Of a stretch of 63,867 bases of DNA, positions 1 through 8,612 are shown one piece after another. How positions within the stretch are numbered: position 1 is the first letter of the stretch; every line of letters starts with the position of its first letter. This DNA comes from Rhodoluna sp. (GTDB lineage: Bacteria > Actinomycetota > Actinomycetes > Actinomycetales > Microbacteriaceae), in assembly GCA_044372535.1 (NCBI GenBank), contig JBILRS010000001.1, positions 1 through 63,867 of the forward strand. Reading direction: 5' to 3'. The notes under the pieces were generated by a model. It did not search any database and had not been told where the DNA came from. It was given only the letters and a program-made list of their open reading frames with translations. Both the position numbers and the translations under genes were made by a program.

Positions 1-1
1 G

Positions 2-607
2 AGCCCGCTAAAGCTAGGCGCCGACGTAGTCATGTATTCGGCAACCAAACACATCGACGGTCAGGGCCGCGTGCTTGGTGGAGCCGTCCTCGGCAGCGCC
101 GACTACATCAACAACACCCTCAAGCCGTTCATCCGTCACACCGGCCCATCGATGAGCGCATTCAACGCCTGGGTGCTGCTCAAGAGCCTCGAGACTCTGA
201 CCATGCGCGTCGAGAAGATGAACGCGAGCGCCCAGGTCATCGCCGAACGCCTCGAGAGCCACCCTGCCATCAAGTCGATCTGCTACCCGTTCCTCAAGAG
301 CCACCCTCAACACGAGCTGGCCAAGAAGCAGATGCGCGGTGGCGGCACCACGCTAGCCATCGAGTTCGCACTGCCTCAGGAGCAAGTCTTTGCTGTCATG
401 GATGCCCTGCGCGTTATCGACATCTCAAACAACCTCGGCGACTCGAAGTCCCTGATGACTCACCCGGCATCGACCACTCATCGACGTCTCGGCCCCGAGA
501 TGCAGGCAAAAATCGGAATCACCGCTTCGACGGTTCGACTATCGGTTGGTCTAGATAACGTGGACGACCTGATGAAGGATCTAGAGAGCGCGCTGAATTC
601 GCTCTAA
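2..607 (+). CDS. metZ: O-succinylhomoserine sulfhydrylase / Cys-Met metabolism PLP enzyme (5' truncated by window edge)
   Basis: Frame open from base 2 (SPLKLGADVVMYSATKHIDGQGRVLGG); PLP lysine motif SATKHIDGQG; ISNNLGDSKSL and VRLSVGL motifs. Confidence 0.88.
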   Translation, partial: SPLKLGADVVMYSATKHIDGQGRVLGGAVLGSADYINNTLKPFIRHTGPSMSAFNAWVLLKSLETLTMRVEKMNASAQVIAERLESHPAIKSICYPFLKSHPQHELAKKQMRGGGTTLAIEFALPQEQVFAVMDALRVIDISNNLGDSKSLMTHPASTTHRRLGPEMQAKIGITASTVRLSVGLDNVDDLMKDLESALNSL

Positions 608-1720
608 AGCCTCGGTGATGATCTCTTTCGAGGTCGCAAAATTGAACCGCGCAAAGTGCTCGTACTCTGCCCCGCCCAGCTCCGAACCCGGAACCAGCGC
701 CACCTTGGCCTTGGTGAAAATCTCTTCGCAGCTGAGTCCGAGTTTAGAAATATCGAGCCAAGCAAGGTAACCAGCTTCAGGCAGAGTCACCGAAACCATC
801 GGCAGCAAGCGCTCAAGTTCGGCGGCAAGGTGATGACGATTCTCGTCGAGGGTCTTGAGGGTTGAATCTAGCCACTGCGTTCCATTGGCATAGGCCTCGG
901 CCATCGCGAAAGCTCCCAAAATACTAGAGCGCCAGTGCATCGCCTCGGGCAGAACCTTCAACTTCTCGTTCATCTCATCAGACTGAGCCAGCAAGAAGGC
1001 GATCTTCAGCCCGGCCAGGTTCCAAGATTTCGAAGACGACGTAATGCAAACGCCAGTTGCCTCGGCGTCTTCACCGCAAGAGAGGTATGGCACGAACTCA
1101 CCATAGGTTAGCGGGGCATGGATCTCATCGCTCATAACTATTGCGTCATACTTTCGAGCGAGCGCGGCCAACGCCGTCAACTCTGCACGACTGTAGACCC
1201 TGCCGATCGGGTTGTGCGGGTTGCAGAGCAACAAGAATCGGTGCCCAGCGGCAAAAGCCTTCTCAATACCAGCCAAATCCAGGGTGACAACGCCGTCAAC
1301 GTCAACCATCGGAACATCGAAGGGTTCGATGGCTAGCTCTTCAAGCCAGTGATGAAACCCCATGTAAACGGGGTTGGTTATAACGACTCGCTCCCCTGGC
1401 TTGGCGTGCGCGCGCAAAAACTCGACCACGGCGACACCAACATCGGTTGCCAGGTGCAGGTAATCCTTGTTGATCTGCCAACTCCAACGCTCGCGTGCAA
1501 ACTTCTCAAAAGCCAACCCAACCTCGGGCACCGGCCCCAGGTAACCGAGATCGCTTTCGGTAGCCATCTTGATGATTCGAGCCGCAATCGGCTCCGCGAT
1601 CTGAAAGTCCATTTCGGCAACGTGAAGCGGAATAACATCGGCTGGGAATCTGCGCCACTTGGATGAGTGACGCTCACGCAGGACCGCTAGCGAAGGCGCG
1701 AAAACCTTGGCATCAGACAT
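581..1720 (-). CDS. MalY/PatB family PLP enzyme (cystathionine beta-lyase-like)
   Basis: VAEMDF, LCNPHNPIG, SDEIH, SSSKSWNLAGLK (PLP Lys), YLAWLD, RFNFAT motifs. Confidence 0.88.
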   Translation of the reverse strand: MSDAKVFAPSLAVLRERHSSKWRRFPADVIPLHVAEMDFQIAEPIAARIIKMATESDLGYLGPVPEVGLAFEKFARERWSWQINKDYLHLATDVGVAVVEFLRAHAKPGERVVITNPVYMGFHHWLEELAIEPFDVPMVDVDGVVTLDLAGIEKAFAAGHRFLLLCNPHNPIGRVYSRAELTALAALARKYDAIVMSDEIHAPLTYGEFVPYLSCGEDAEATGVCITSSSKSWNLAGLKIAFLLAQSDEMNEKLKVLPEAMHWRSSILGAFAMAEAYANGTQWLDSTLKTLDENRHHLAAELERLLPMVSVTLPEAGYLAWLDISKLGLSCEEIFTKAKVALVPGSELGGAEYEHFARFNFATSKEIITEALERIQRAL

Positions 1721-1722
1721 GT

Positions 1723-3000
1723 TTACTCCGTAACTCGGCCCAAGAGCAGCTTGCGCTCGGTCGGTGCAACGTCAGAAATCTTGATACCGCCCTCAAGCGA
1801 CTCCAGCGCTCGATCAAAGCGCGACTCCTCATCGCTGAACAGCGTCATCAACGGTTGCCCAGCACGAACCTGCTCGCCCTGAACGGCGTGCAACTCGATA
1901 CCAGCGCCCAACTGCACAACATCTTCTTTGCGCGCCCTGCCAGCGCCTAAGCGCCACGATGCCACGCCAACGGCAAGAGCATCCAACTGCTCCAAAACGC
2001 CGTCAGACTCGGCCAGAACCACGTGTGAGTGCTTAGCCTTGGGCAGTGCCGCCTTCGGGTCGCCGCCCTGAGCCGAAATCATCTCGTTCCACTTGTCCAT
2101 GGCGCGTCCGTCGTTCAAAGCAGCGCGAACATCGCCCGAAACCCCTGCCAAACGCAGCATCTCTTCGGCAAGCATGACCGTCAGATCAACAACATCAGAC
2201 GGCCCTCCACCGGCCAAAACCTCAACAGATTCCTCGACCTCAAGAGCGTTACCGATCTTGCGACCCAGAGGCGTCGACATGTCGGTCAACAGAGCCGAAA
2301 CCTTCAACCCGGCGTCTTGCCCGAGCTTCACCATGACCTGCGCCAACTCGGTTGCGCGATCCAGGGTCTTCATGAAAGCGCCCGAGCCAACCTTGACGTC
2401 GAGCACCAAAGCCGATGTGCCTTCGGCAATCTTCTTGGACATAATCGACGACGCGATCAGAGGAATCGCCTCGACAGTCCCGGTCACATCGCGAAGTGCA
2501 TAGAGCTTCTTGTCAGCCGGAGCCAAACCAGAACCAGCAGCGCAAATCACAGCCCCAACCGAGTCCAACTGAGCAAACATCTCTTCGTTCGAGAGAGCAG
2601 CTCGCCAACCTGGCACTGCCTCAAGTTTGTCCAACGTGCCACCGGTGTGGCCCAAGCCGCGACCCGAGAGCTGCGGCACGGCAACCCCGAACACCGCAAC
2701 CAGCGGAGCCAACGGCAACGTGATCTTGTCGCCAACACCACCGGTTGAATGCTTGTCGGCAGTCGGAGCACCTAAGCCCGAGTAATCCAAACGCTCGCCC
2801 GAAGCGATCATCGCCATGGTCAAGTCTTTAATCTCTCGACGACTCATTCCGTTCAATAGAATCGCCATCGTCATCGCCGACATCTGGTAGTCGGCCACGT
2901 TCCCGTTGGTGTAATTCTCAACTAACCAGTTGATTCCCTCGGTCGAAAGCTCCCCGTTTTCACGCTTCTGAACAATCAGCTGAACCGCATCAAAACTCAC
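1723..3000 (-). CDS. deoA: Thymidine phosphorylase
   Basis: DKHSTGGVGDK, SGRGLGHTGGTLDKLE, LIASSIMSKK signature motifs. Confidence 0.95.
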   Translation of the reverse strand: MSFDAVQLIVQKRENGELSTEGINWLVENYTNGNVADYQMSAMTMAILLNGMSRREIKDLTMAMIASGERLDYSGLGAPTADKHSTGGVGDKITLPLAPLVAVFGVAVPQLSGRGLGHTGGTLDKLEAVPGWRAALSNEEMFAQLDSVGAVICAAGSGLAPADKKLYALRDVTGTVEAIPLIASSIMSKKIAEGTSALVLDVKVGSGAFMKTLDRATELAQVMVKLGQDAGLKVSALLTDMSTPLGRKIGNALEVEESVEVLAGGGPSDVVDLTVMLAEEMLRLAGVSGDVRAALNDGRAMDKWNEMISAQGGDPKAALPKAKHSHVVLAESDGVLEQLDALAVGVASWRLGAGRARKEDVVQLGAGIELHAVQGEQVRAGQPLMTLFSDEESRFDRALESLEGGIKISDVAPTERKLLLGRVTE

Positions 3001-3398
3001 TTGCTGAACTCTTCCAAATCACGAGGGCCAAAGGCATCTGGCAAAACCTCTTCAATCGTCTTGAAACCCGAAATGGTCTCGAGGATCATGCCCGGAGCAG
3101 AGTGCTCAAACAGGAGTTGGCGGCATCTGCCGCAAGGCATCAAAACGCTGCCGTTGCCATCGCAACAGGTGAAAGCGACGAGCTTTCCGCCCCCGGTCAT
3201 GGTCAGATTCGAAACCAAACCACACTCGGCACAAAGGCCCACCCCGTAAGACGCATTCTCGACATTGCAACCCGAAACAACCCGACCATCATCGGTCAGT
3301 GCAGCTGCCCCAACCGGAAACTTCGAGTAGGGCGCATAAGCGTTAGCCATCGCTGCCTTCGCGGCATCGCGAAGGGCTTCCCAGTCAATGCTGGACAT
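2997..3398 (-). CDS. cdd: Cytidine deaminase
   Basis: AYAPYSKFPVGAA, GCNVENASYG, CAE and PCGRCRQ zinc motifs; ATG at 3398 preferred. Confidence 0.95.
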   Translation of the reverse strand: MSSIDWEALRDAAKAAMANAYAPYSKFPVGAAALTDDGRVVSGCNVENASYGVGLCAECGLVSNLTMTGGGKLVAFTCCDGNGSVLMPCGRCRQLLFEHSAPGMILETISGFKTIEEVLPDAFGPRDLEEFSK

Positions 3399-3427
3399 AA
3401 ACAATTCTTTCTATTGGAGAAAAGGAA

Positions 3428-3493
3428 CTAGTTCTTCTTCTCGTCGTTGCGCTTGCACTGGCACTCTCCGCCGCAGCATCCATCGTTTGACAT
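3428..3493 (-). CDS. 21-aa cysteine-rich small ORF MSNDGCCGGECQCKRNDEKKN (leader peptide or metal-binding micropeptide)
   Basis: Read by hand: ATG 3493 to TAG 3428; SD-like GAGGTG shortly upstream; CATAAT -10-like hexamer further upstream; below ORF-track cutoff. Confidence 0.65.
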   Translation of the reverse strand: MSNDGCCGGECQCKRNDEKKN

Positions 3494-3611
3494 CTAAATC
3501 ACCTCGATTCCTTCATTCTCATTATGCTCCAGGTCTAGAGTTCTTCTCAGCCAACGACATTTAGTGTCGGTGGGCTTCCTTAGACTGAAACCCTAATCTT
3601 CTTGGGGGACC

Positions 3612-4619
3612 ATGAAAAACAAAATTGCACGCATCTTCGTATCTCTGGCTTTGACACTGGGGATCGTTGGCACAGCTAATGTCTCTAGCGAGGCATCTTC
3701 TATTTTCGTCGCGACCGTTCGGGTTGCAGACGTCAACGGAAAACCAATACCAAACACGGAGCTGGTCGTTTCCTCTGAGTCCGCCAAAGGAGTCGCACTC
3801 GGAGTGACCGTGGTGACCAACTCCAAGGGCGAGGCCAGAGCGCAAGTTTATCCTGGGCAGTATCGGCTATACGTAAGCCTTGGTGATAGGTGTTTTCTTC
3901 CCCCAGGCCTAATCAGCGGCTCAGTGGACAAGTCAAACCCATTGATCCTGCTAGAAACACCTCCATTGCGAGATTACAAATTCAAACTAGTTTCGGAGGC
4001 TGGCTTACCAATTGCAAACCAACAAGTTAGCTTGTGGGGTGCACAATACGAAATGGGCTTCACCTGTGGACAAACAATTGACCGAAGCGGCACGGACGGC
4101 ACCGCCGTTGTGCGAGCTTTTGCCCTAGATTTGGCCAAATATCTAGACCCGAACTTCAGTAACTATGAGCAGATGCGGAGTGCGATGGTTTTTGTAAACC
4201 CTATAGACAACGTCCAAGTTGTTGTGAAGGTGCCCTTTGAGGAATGGGCAGATGGATACGCCCTGGTTGTTGTGGAAGATGTTCCCTCAATTGCAGTTAC
4301 AGCACCTTCTCAGGTCTACAAAAATGCCTACTTCAACGTATACGGCACTATTACGAATGCAGATGGAAAAGTTTCTGCCGCTTCAGCAGCAAAATCAGCA
4401 CCCGCTCGAAGCGTCTTCAAAACTGCTCTCCTGTGGAAACGAAGCTTCGTCAAAGGCAGTTGGTCATCATGGACTCAAGTGAAGTCAGTTCTCGTTGATG
4501 GTAAAGGAAGCGTGAAGTTCACCAAGATAGCCATCAAGACCACCACCCAATTCCAGATCCGCGGCAAAGCCTTCTCACTTGGCGGAAAGACCATCCAAGT
4601 GAGATTGAAGGCTCGCTAA
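3612..4619 (+). CDS. Secreted hypothetical protein, beta-rich (possibly tandem Ig/Cna-B-like domains)
   Basis: 335-aa ORF; basic N-terminus plus hydrophobic signal peptide; two similar D/E-x-x-G-x-PI-x-N segments; GGGGA SD; visibly lower GC than flanks. Confidence 0.75.
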   Translation: MKNKIARIFVSLALTLGIVGTANVSSEASSIFVATVRVADVNGKPIPNTELVVSSESAKGVALGVTVVTNSKGEARAQVYPGQYRLYVSLGDRCFLPPGLISGSVDKSNPLILLETPPLRDYKFKLVSEAGLPIANQQVSLWGAQYEMGFTCGQTIDRSGTDGTAVVRAFALDLAKYLDPNFSNYEQMRSAMVFVNPIDNVQVVVKVPFEEWADGYALVVVEDVPSIAVTAPSQVYKNAYFNVYGTITNADGKVSAASAAKSAPARSVFKTALLWKRSFVKGSWSSWTQVKSVLVDGKGSVKFTKIAIKTTTQFQIRGKAFSLGGKTIQVRLKAR

Positions 4620-4620
4620 G

Positions 4621-4821
4621 ATGGCCGCCGGTTGCCTCGGACTCCTTTTTGGGTTGAAAAGACCCAGTAACCAGCAATCCAAGATCACAGACCAAGACAT
4701 GGGCGAAGGTGACATTCATTCCGGGCCCGGCGGTTACGAAGGTCCAAGTTACAGCGGAGGTTACGCCGCTAATTATGTAGCCAATCTTTTCGACGAGGAT
4801 GAAGACGAAGACCGCCAATAA
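4621..4821 (+). CDS. Small hypothetical protein with Gly/Tyr-rich middle and acidic tail
   Basis: 66-aa ORF starting 1 nt after the upstream stop and ending at a hairpin; no recognised family. Confidence 0.45.
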   Translation: MAAGCLGLLFGLKRPSNQQSKITDQDMGEGDIHSGPGGYEGPSYSGGYAANYVANLFDEDEDEDRQ

Positions 4822-4859
4822 GAGAAATCCCGGTCCTCGTGAGAAGGAACCGGGACTTC
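4820..4859. terminator. Intrinsic terminator-like hairpin between tRNA-Lys and the convergent small ORF
   Basis: gaaatcccggt...accgggacttc inverted repeat; followed by ATTTCTCTT on the minus strand. Confidence 0.7.
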
Positions 4860-4860
4860 G

Positions 4861-4933
4861 TGCACCCCCTGGGACTTGAACCCAGAACCCACTGATTAAG
4901 AGTCAGTTGCTCTGCCGATTGAGCTAGAGGTGC
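4861..4933 (-). tRNA. tRNA-Lys(CTT)
   Basis: GCACCTC/GGGGTGC acceptor stem, TAGCTCAATCGGCAGAGC D arm, anticodon loop CTCTTAA, GGTTCAAGTCC T arm; CCA not encoded. Confidence 0.96.
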
Positions 4934-5025
4934 GTGTTGCAGACGCAACGAGTGTCAAGAATAACAGCATTGAGGGTTGGTTACAAACGCTCGTTAGAAT
5001 GGGCTTGTTACGGGAGAGGGAAACC

Positions 5026-5496
5026 ATGGAATTAGCGAAACTTGAGGCTGGCCAGAAGGCCCCGACATTCACTCTTGAGAACCAAGCTGGGGAGTCTTTT
5101 CAGCTGTCTTCACTGGCTGGCAAAAAGGCGATCGTTTACTTCTACCCGGCTGCGTCCACGCCTGGCTGCACCAAAGAAGCCTGCGACTTTCAGGAGAACC
5201 TCGGTTCGTTGACAACCGCTGGTTACAGCGTGGTCGGTATTTCTCCAGACAAGATTTCGAAGATCGCTAAGTTCCACAAGGATCAGTCACTTTGTTTCGA
5301 CTTGCTATCTGACCCAGAGCTATCGGTGCACAAGGCATACGGTGCCTTTGGAACAAAGAAGCTTTACGGTCGTGAATACGAGGGTGTTCTTCGTTCGACT
5401 TTTGTAATGGATGAGAAGGGTGTTCTCACCCACGCTCTCTACAACGTGAAGGCAACCGGTCACGTTGAGATGTTGAAGAAGCTACTGGGCCTCTAA
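5026..5496 (+). CDS. bcp: Thioredoxin-dependent thiol peroxidase (BCP/PrxQ)
   Basis: YFYPAASTPGCTKEACDF motif; GGGAGAGG SD before ATG 5026. Confidence 0.93.
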   Translation: MELAKLEAGQKAPTFTLENQAGESFQLSSLAGKKAIVYFYPAASTPGCTKEACDFQENLGSLTTAGYSVVGISPDKISKIAKFHKDQSLCFDLLSDPELSVHKAYGAFGTKKLYGREYEGVLRSTFVMDEKGVLTHALYNVKATGHVEMLKKLLGL

Positions 5497-5874
5497 ATCT
5501 CTTCTAAGCATTTTTGCTAGCGGGCTGGTGAACAGCAACGCGAGGACGATCACGCTTGGGATGATTAGCGCCCAGGCAATCGCTGGGTTGGCATTGGCGC
5601 CCTGGAAGGATTCGAAGGCGATTGCGAGTTGCGCGGTTTGCCAAAAGATCGAGGAAGACTTGGCCCAGCTCTTTAGTTGCCAGAGCCCTTTGGTGATGAA
5701 GACGCCCCAGACAACGAAGGCTGCGATCAGAACGTCGAGGGCTAGGCTCATGCCCAGGTTCTTCTCTTGACCCATCACTACGTTAATTACGCCGAGAGCG
5801 AGCGCTGTGGCCACTGCGGCTGTCTCTAGGCCAGTAATGGCAACGAGTACCTTGAGTTGGACTGGCTTTTTCAT
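5482..5874 (-). CDS. Hypothetical integral membrane protein (about 4 TM)
   Basis: 130-aa hydrophobic ORF divergent from whiB1. Confidence 0.75.
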   Translation of the reverse strand: MKKPVQLKVLVAITGLETAAVATALALGVINVVMGQEKNLGMSLALDVLIAAFVVWGVFITKGLWQLKSWAKSSSIFWQTAQLAIAFESFQGANANPAIAWALIIPSVIVLALLFTSPLAKMLRRDLEAQ

Positions 5875-5893
5875 TAAATCCTTAACTTGGGTA

Positions 5894-5922
5894 TTGCCAA
5901 AACTGCTCGGGCGTGAAACGAT
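5894..5922 (+). promoter_or_regulatory. Putative sigmaA promoter of whiB1
   Basis: TTGCCA-N17-AACGAT, giving a roughly 90-nt leader with a small hairpin (gcgaaa...tttcgc). Confidence 0.5.
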
Positions 5923-6020
5923 TGAGTAACGAAAACCTCCCGCGAAACCTCGTTTTTCGCGCTCTTTTCTAGCCTAAGGCGTAGTCGCCTCAAGACTTTT
6001 CCTCCGACCTAAAGGAATAT

Positions 6021-6275
6021 ATGGACCTGCAGTGGCAAGACCAAGCACGTTGCCTCACCGAAGACCCTGAGCTCTTCTTTCCGGTCGGCAACACCGGTCC
6101 AGCTGTCGAGCAGATCGATCAGGCCAAGGCTGTTTGCCGCGAATGCGCTGTTGCAACAAGTTGCCTCGAGTACGCAATCAAAGAGAACCAAGACACTGGT
6201 GTTTGGGGCGGACTTTCAGAAGACGAGCGTAAGTCGCTCAAGCGCAAGTACGCTCGCGCACGCCGCGCTGGCTAA
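6021..6275 (+). CDS. whiB1: WhiB1-type Fe-S transcriptional regulator
   Basis: C..DPELFFPVGNTGPA..AKAVCRECAV...CLEYA...GVWGGLSEDER; convergent with pdtaS; AAGGA SD. Confidence 0.92.
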   Translation: MDLQWQDQARCLTEDPELFFPVGNTGPAVEQIDQAKAVCRECAVATSCLEYAIKENQDTGVWGGLSEDERKSLKRKYARARRAG

Positions 6276-7747
6276 AGCGGAACCTCAATAACGACTCTTG
6301 CTCCACCTTCTCTAGGCGAGAACCAAACAATACTGCCGCGGAGTTCACCCTCGATTAGCGTGCGAATAATCTGAGTACCCAAACCAGGCTCAATCTTGCC
6401 GCCTGGGATTCCTCTGCCGTTGTCGCTGATGGTGATTATCAATTTCTTTTGTCTGCGCTCGGCATGAACTAAGACGTTGCCGGAGCGGTCAACCAGGCCG
6501 TGCTCGATGGCGTTGGTTACGACCTCCGTTAATGCGACCGCAAGAGGTGTCGCCTTTTCGCTTTTGAGTTGGCCAAAGCGTCCGTCGATGATGGTTCGAA
6601 CCGTGGTGTTATGGCTCGCGGCAACCTCGCTGACCAGCAGTAGAACTCGGTCGAAGACTTCGTCGAAGTTGACCTCCTGGCTGAGCCCCTCGGAGAGGGT
6701 GTCGTGAACGAGGGCGATTGCGCTCACTCTGCGCATGGCCTGTTCTAGAGACTCTTTGGTTTCTTCGCTGTTGGCTCGCCTTGACTGAATTCTGAGCAGG
6801 CTGGCTACGGTTTGCAGATTGTTTTTGACTCGGTGGTGGATCTCTCGAATGGTTGCGTCTTTGGTAATCAGTTCACGCTCTTGCCTTCTGAGCTCAGAGA
6901 CGTCGCGGCAAAGAATGATTGAGCCCGTGCGGTCGTTGTCTAACTTGATCGGAATCGACCGAAGCGAAAGGGTTGCCGACTTCGACTCGGCGTCTGTGCG
7001 CCTGGGGGCGATGCCGGCTAGCACCACGGCGAGATCCTCGTCACTTCGGAGCTTGGCTTTGCTGGCGAAGACCACCGCTTCGGTGAGGTTTTCGCCTACC
7101 AGCTCGCGCGGGAAGCCGAACTTGGCGAATGCGCTGACCGCGTTAGGGCTGGCGAAGGTGACTGTGCCGTGGTCGTCGAGACGCAAGAAACCGTCGTTGG
7201 CTCTCGGGGCTCCTCGTCTCGAGCCGGTCTGGTTGCCGAGGTCGGGGTATTGGGCATTGCCCATCATTTCGAGGAGGTCTTCGCCTGCTTGCCTAAAGCT
7301 GAGTTGTTGGCGGGTCGGCTCTTTGGTTTCGCCGAGGTTCGCGTGTCTGGTGACAACTGCGATCGGGGTCGGGTTGACTTCTTGGTTCTTCGCACTGATT
7401 CTTCGGCGCACTGGGATTGCCGCCACTCGAGTTGGCACGCCTTCGTACTGAGAGGCGCCGGTGAAGTCGGTGGACTCCCCCGAGTCGAAGGCGCTCTTGA
7501 TGAGTTTGCTTAGCGCTTTGTCGCTGGGTTCGCCGCTGATGTCGCGGTAGAAGATGGTGGCCGAGGTTGCTGGTCGGGCGTGGCCGGCGGCGATGAACGA
7601 ACCCTCTTTGGTTGGGATCCAGAGCACTAGGTCGGCTGAGACCAGGTCGGCAACGAGTTGCCAGTCAGCCGACAGCTGGTTCAACCAGTCGATGTCGGCG
7701 TTCGACGCCACACCCTGTTTCTTGAGCTGTTCGGTGAGAGTTGCCAC
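6272..7747 (-). CDS. pdtaS: Cytoplasmic GAF-PAS sensor histidine kinase, PdtaS-type (HisKA_2)
   Basis: KDATIREIHHRVKNNLQTVASLL H-box; EVVTNAIEHG, DNGRG, GLG boxes; N-terminal WQLVADL..ADLVLW. Confidence 0.9.
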   Translation of the reverse strand: MATLTEQLKKQGVASNADIDWLNQLSADWQLVADLVSADLVLWIPTKEGSFIAAGHARPATSATIFYRDISGEPSDKALSKLIKSAFDSGESTDFTGASQYEGVPTRVAAIPVRRRISAKNQEVNPTPIAVVTRHANLGETKEPTRQQLSFRQAGEDLLEMMGNAQYPDLGNQTGSRRGAPRANDGFLRLDDHGTVTFASPNAVSAFAKFGFPRELVGENLTEAVVFASKAKLRSDEDLAVVLAGIAPRRTDAESKSATLSLRSIPIKLDNDRTGSIILCRDVSELRRQERELITKDATIREIHHRVKNNLQTVASLLRIQSRRANSEETKESLEQAMRRVSAIALVHDTLSEGLSQEVNFDEVFDRVLLLVSEVAASHNTTVRTIIDGRFGQLKSEKATPLAVALTEVVTNAIEHGLVDRSGNVLVHAERRQKKLIITISDNGRGIPGGKIEPGLGTQIIRTLIEGELRGSIVWFSPREGGARVVIEVPL

Positions 7748-7757
7748 GAAAACGAGT

Positions 7758-8612
7758 TTAGCCAGCCAACTTTTTCTCTCGAACCAATTGGGCGATTGCT
7801 TTGCGGAGTGGGGACTTTGCTCGGGTGCCGGCGAGTGGGGTGCCGTTCTTCATAGCCGCGTCTTGTGACTTGGGGTCATTGGGTAAAAAGGCGTTGATTT
7901 GGCGGTTGGTCAGGGCCTTCAGGGTCTGTTCAAGCTGTCGCTTTGCCGTTGGTCCGAGGGTTGTGGTGCGAAACCTGTTAGCCACGATCAGGGTCGGTTT
8001 TTCTGGTCGCAATTCTTGTAATTCGGGTTCGCTGTTCAGAAACCTGGCGACCGAGACCGGGTCAACCGCGAAGGTGACCAGAAGGAGCTCGGAGGAGCGA
8101 ATCAGCCAGCGAGTGAACTCGTTTCGCTCGAGCGGGTGGGCGCCGGAGTAGAGGCTCGGCTCGATGGTTGCGGCGGTGTCGATGATGACGTACTCGAATT
8201 GCCGAACGGAGTATTCGAGGAGGAGTTCGAATGCTTGTGGGGTGACCTCCGACCAGCGGGTCGGGTTGATTCCGGGGATTAGAGAGAACGTGGCATTGGC
8301 CGAGCGCAGCTTGAGTGACTGACTCTCGAATTCGGCAGGGCCAAGGCGACCCTGTCTCGCGAATCTCAGCATCGGGGCAAGGCCGGCGGGGTGTTCGTTT
8401 AGGGCCAGGGCGGTGGTCAGGCATGCGGAGTGGGTATCGGCGTCGATAAGCAGCACGCTGTGCTTGCCCTTTGCTAGTTCTGCGGCGAGGTTTAGGGCAA
8501 TCGTCGACTTTCCGCTCCCCTGTGAGCCCCAGACTGTGATAACGCGAAGGTTTTTGGGCTTTGCCGCGCGAATCGAGCGCCTGGTCGGCGGGGTTTCTAG
8601 AGTTAGCGTCAC
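7758..8612 (-). CDS. MinD/ParA/CpaE(TadZ)-like ATPase
   Basis: Walker A GSQGSGKST, LLIDAD, VIIDT motifs; GTG 8612 overlaps upstream stop (GTGA). Confidence 0.8.
   Translation of the reverse strand: MTLTLETPPTRRSIRAAKPKNLRVITVWGSQGSGKSTIALNLAAELAKGKHSVLLIDADTHSACLTTALALNEHPAGLAPMLRFARQGRLGPAEFESQSLKLRSANATFSLIPGINPTRWSEVTPQAFELLLEYSVRQFEYVIIDTAATIEPSLYSGAHPLERNEFTRWLIRSSELLLVTFAVDPVSVARFLNSEPELQELRPEKPTLIVANRFRTTTLGPTAKRQLEQTLKALTNRQINAFLPNDPKSQDAAMKNGTPLAGTRAKSPLRKAIAQLVREKKLAG

Noticed and set aside
2029-2748. Long antisense ORFs (also 6819-7451, 23750-24499, 48192-48842 and others)
   Set aside because: Shadow frames of well-supported high-GC genes with no recognisable motifs
3400-4933. 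Integrative element at tRNA-Lys
   Set aside because: No integrase and no duplicated tRNA 3' end seen
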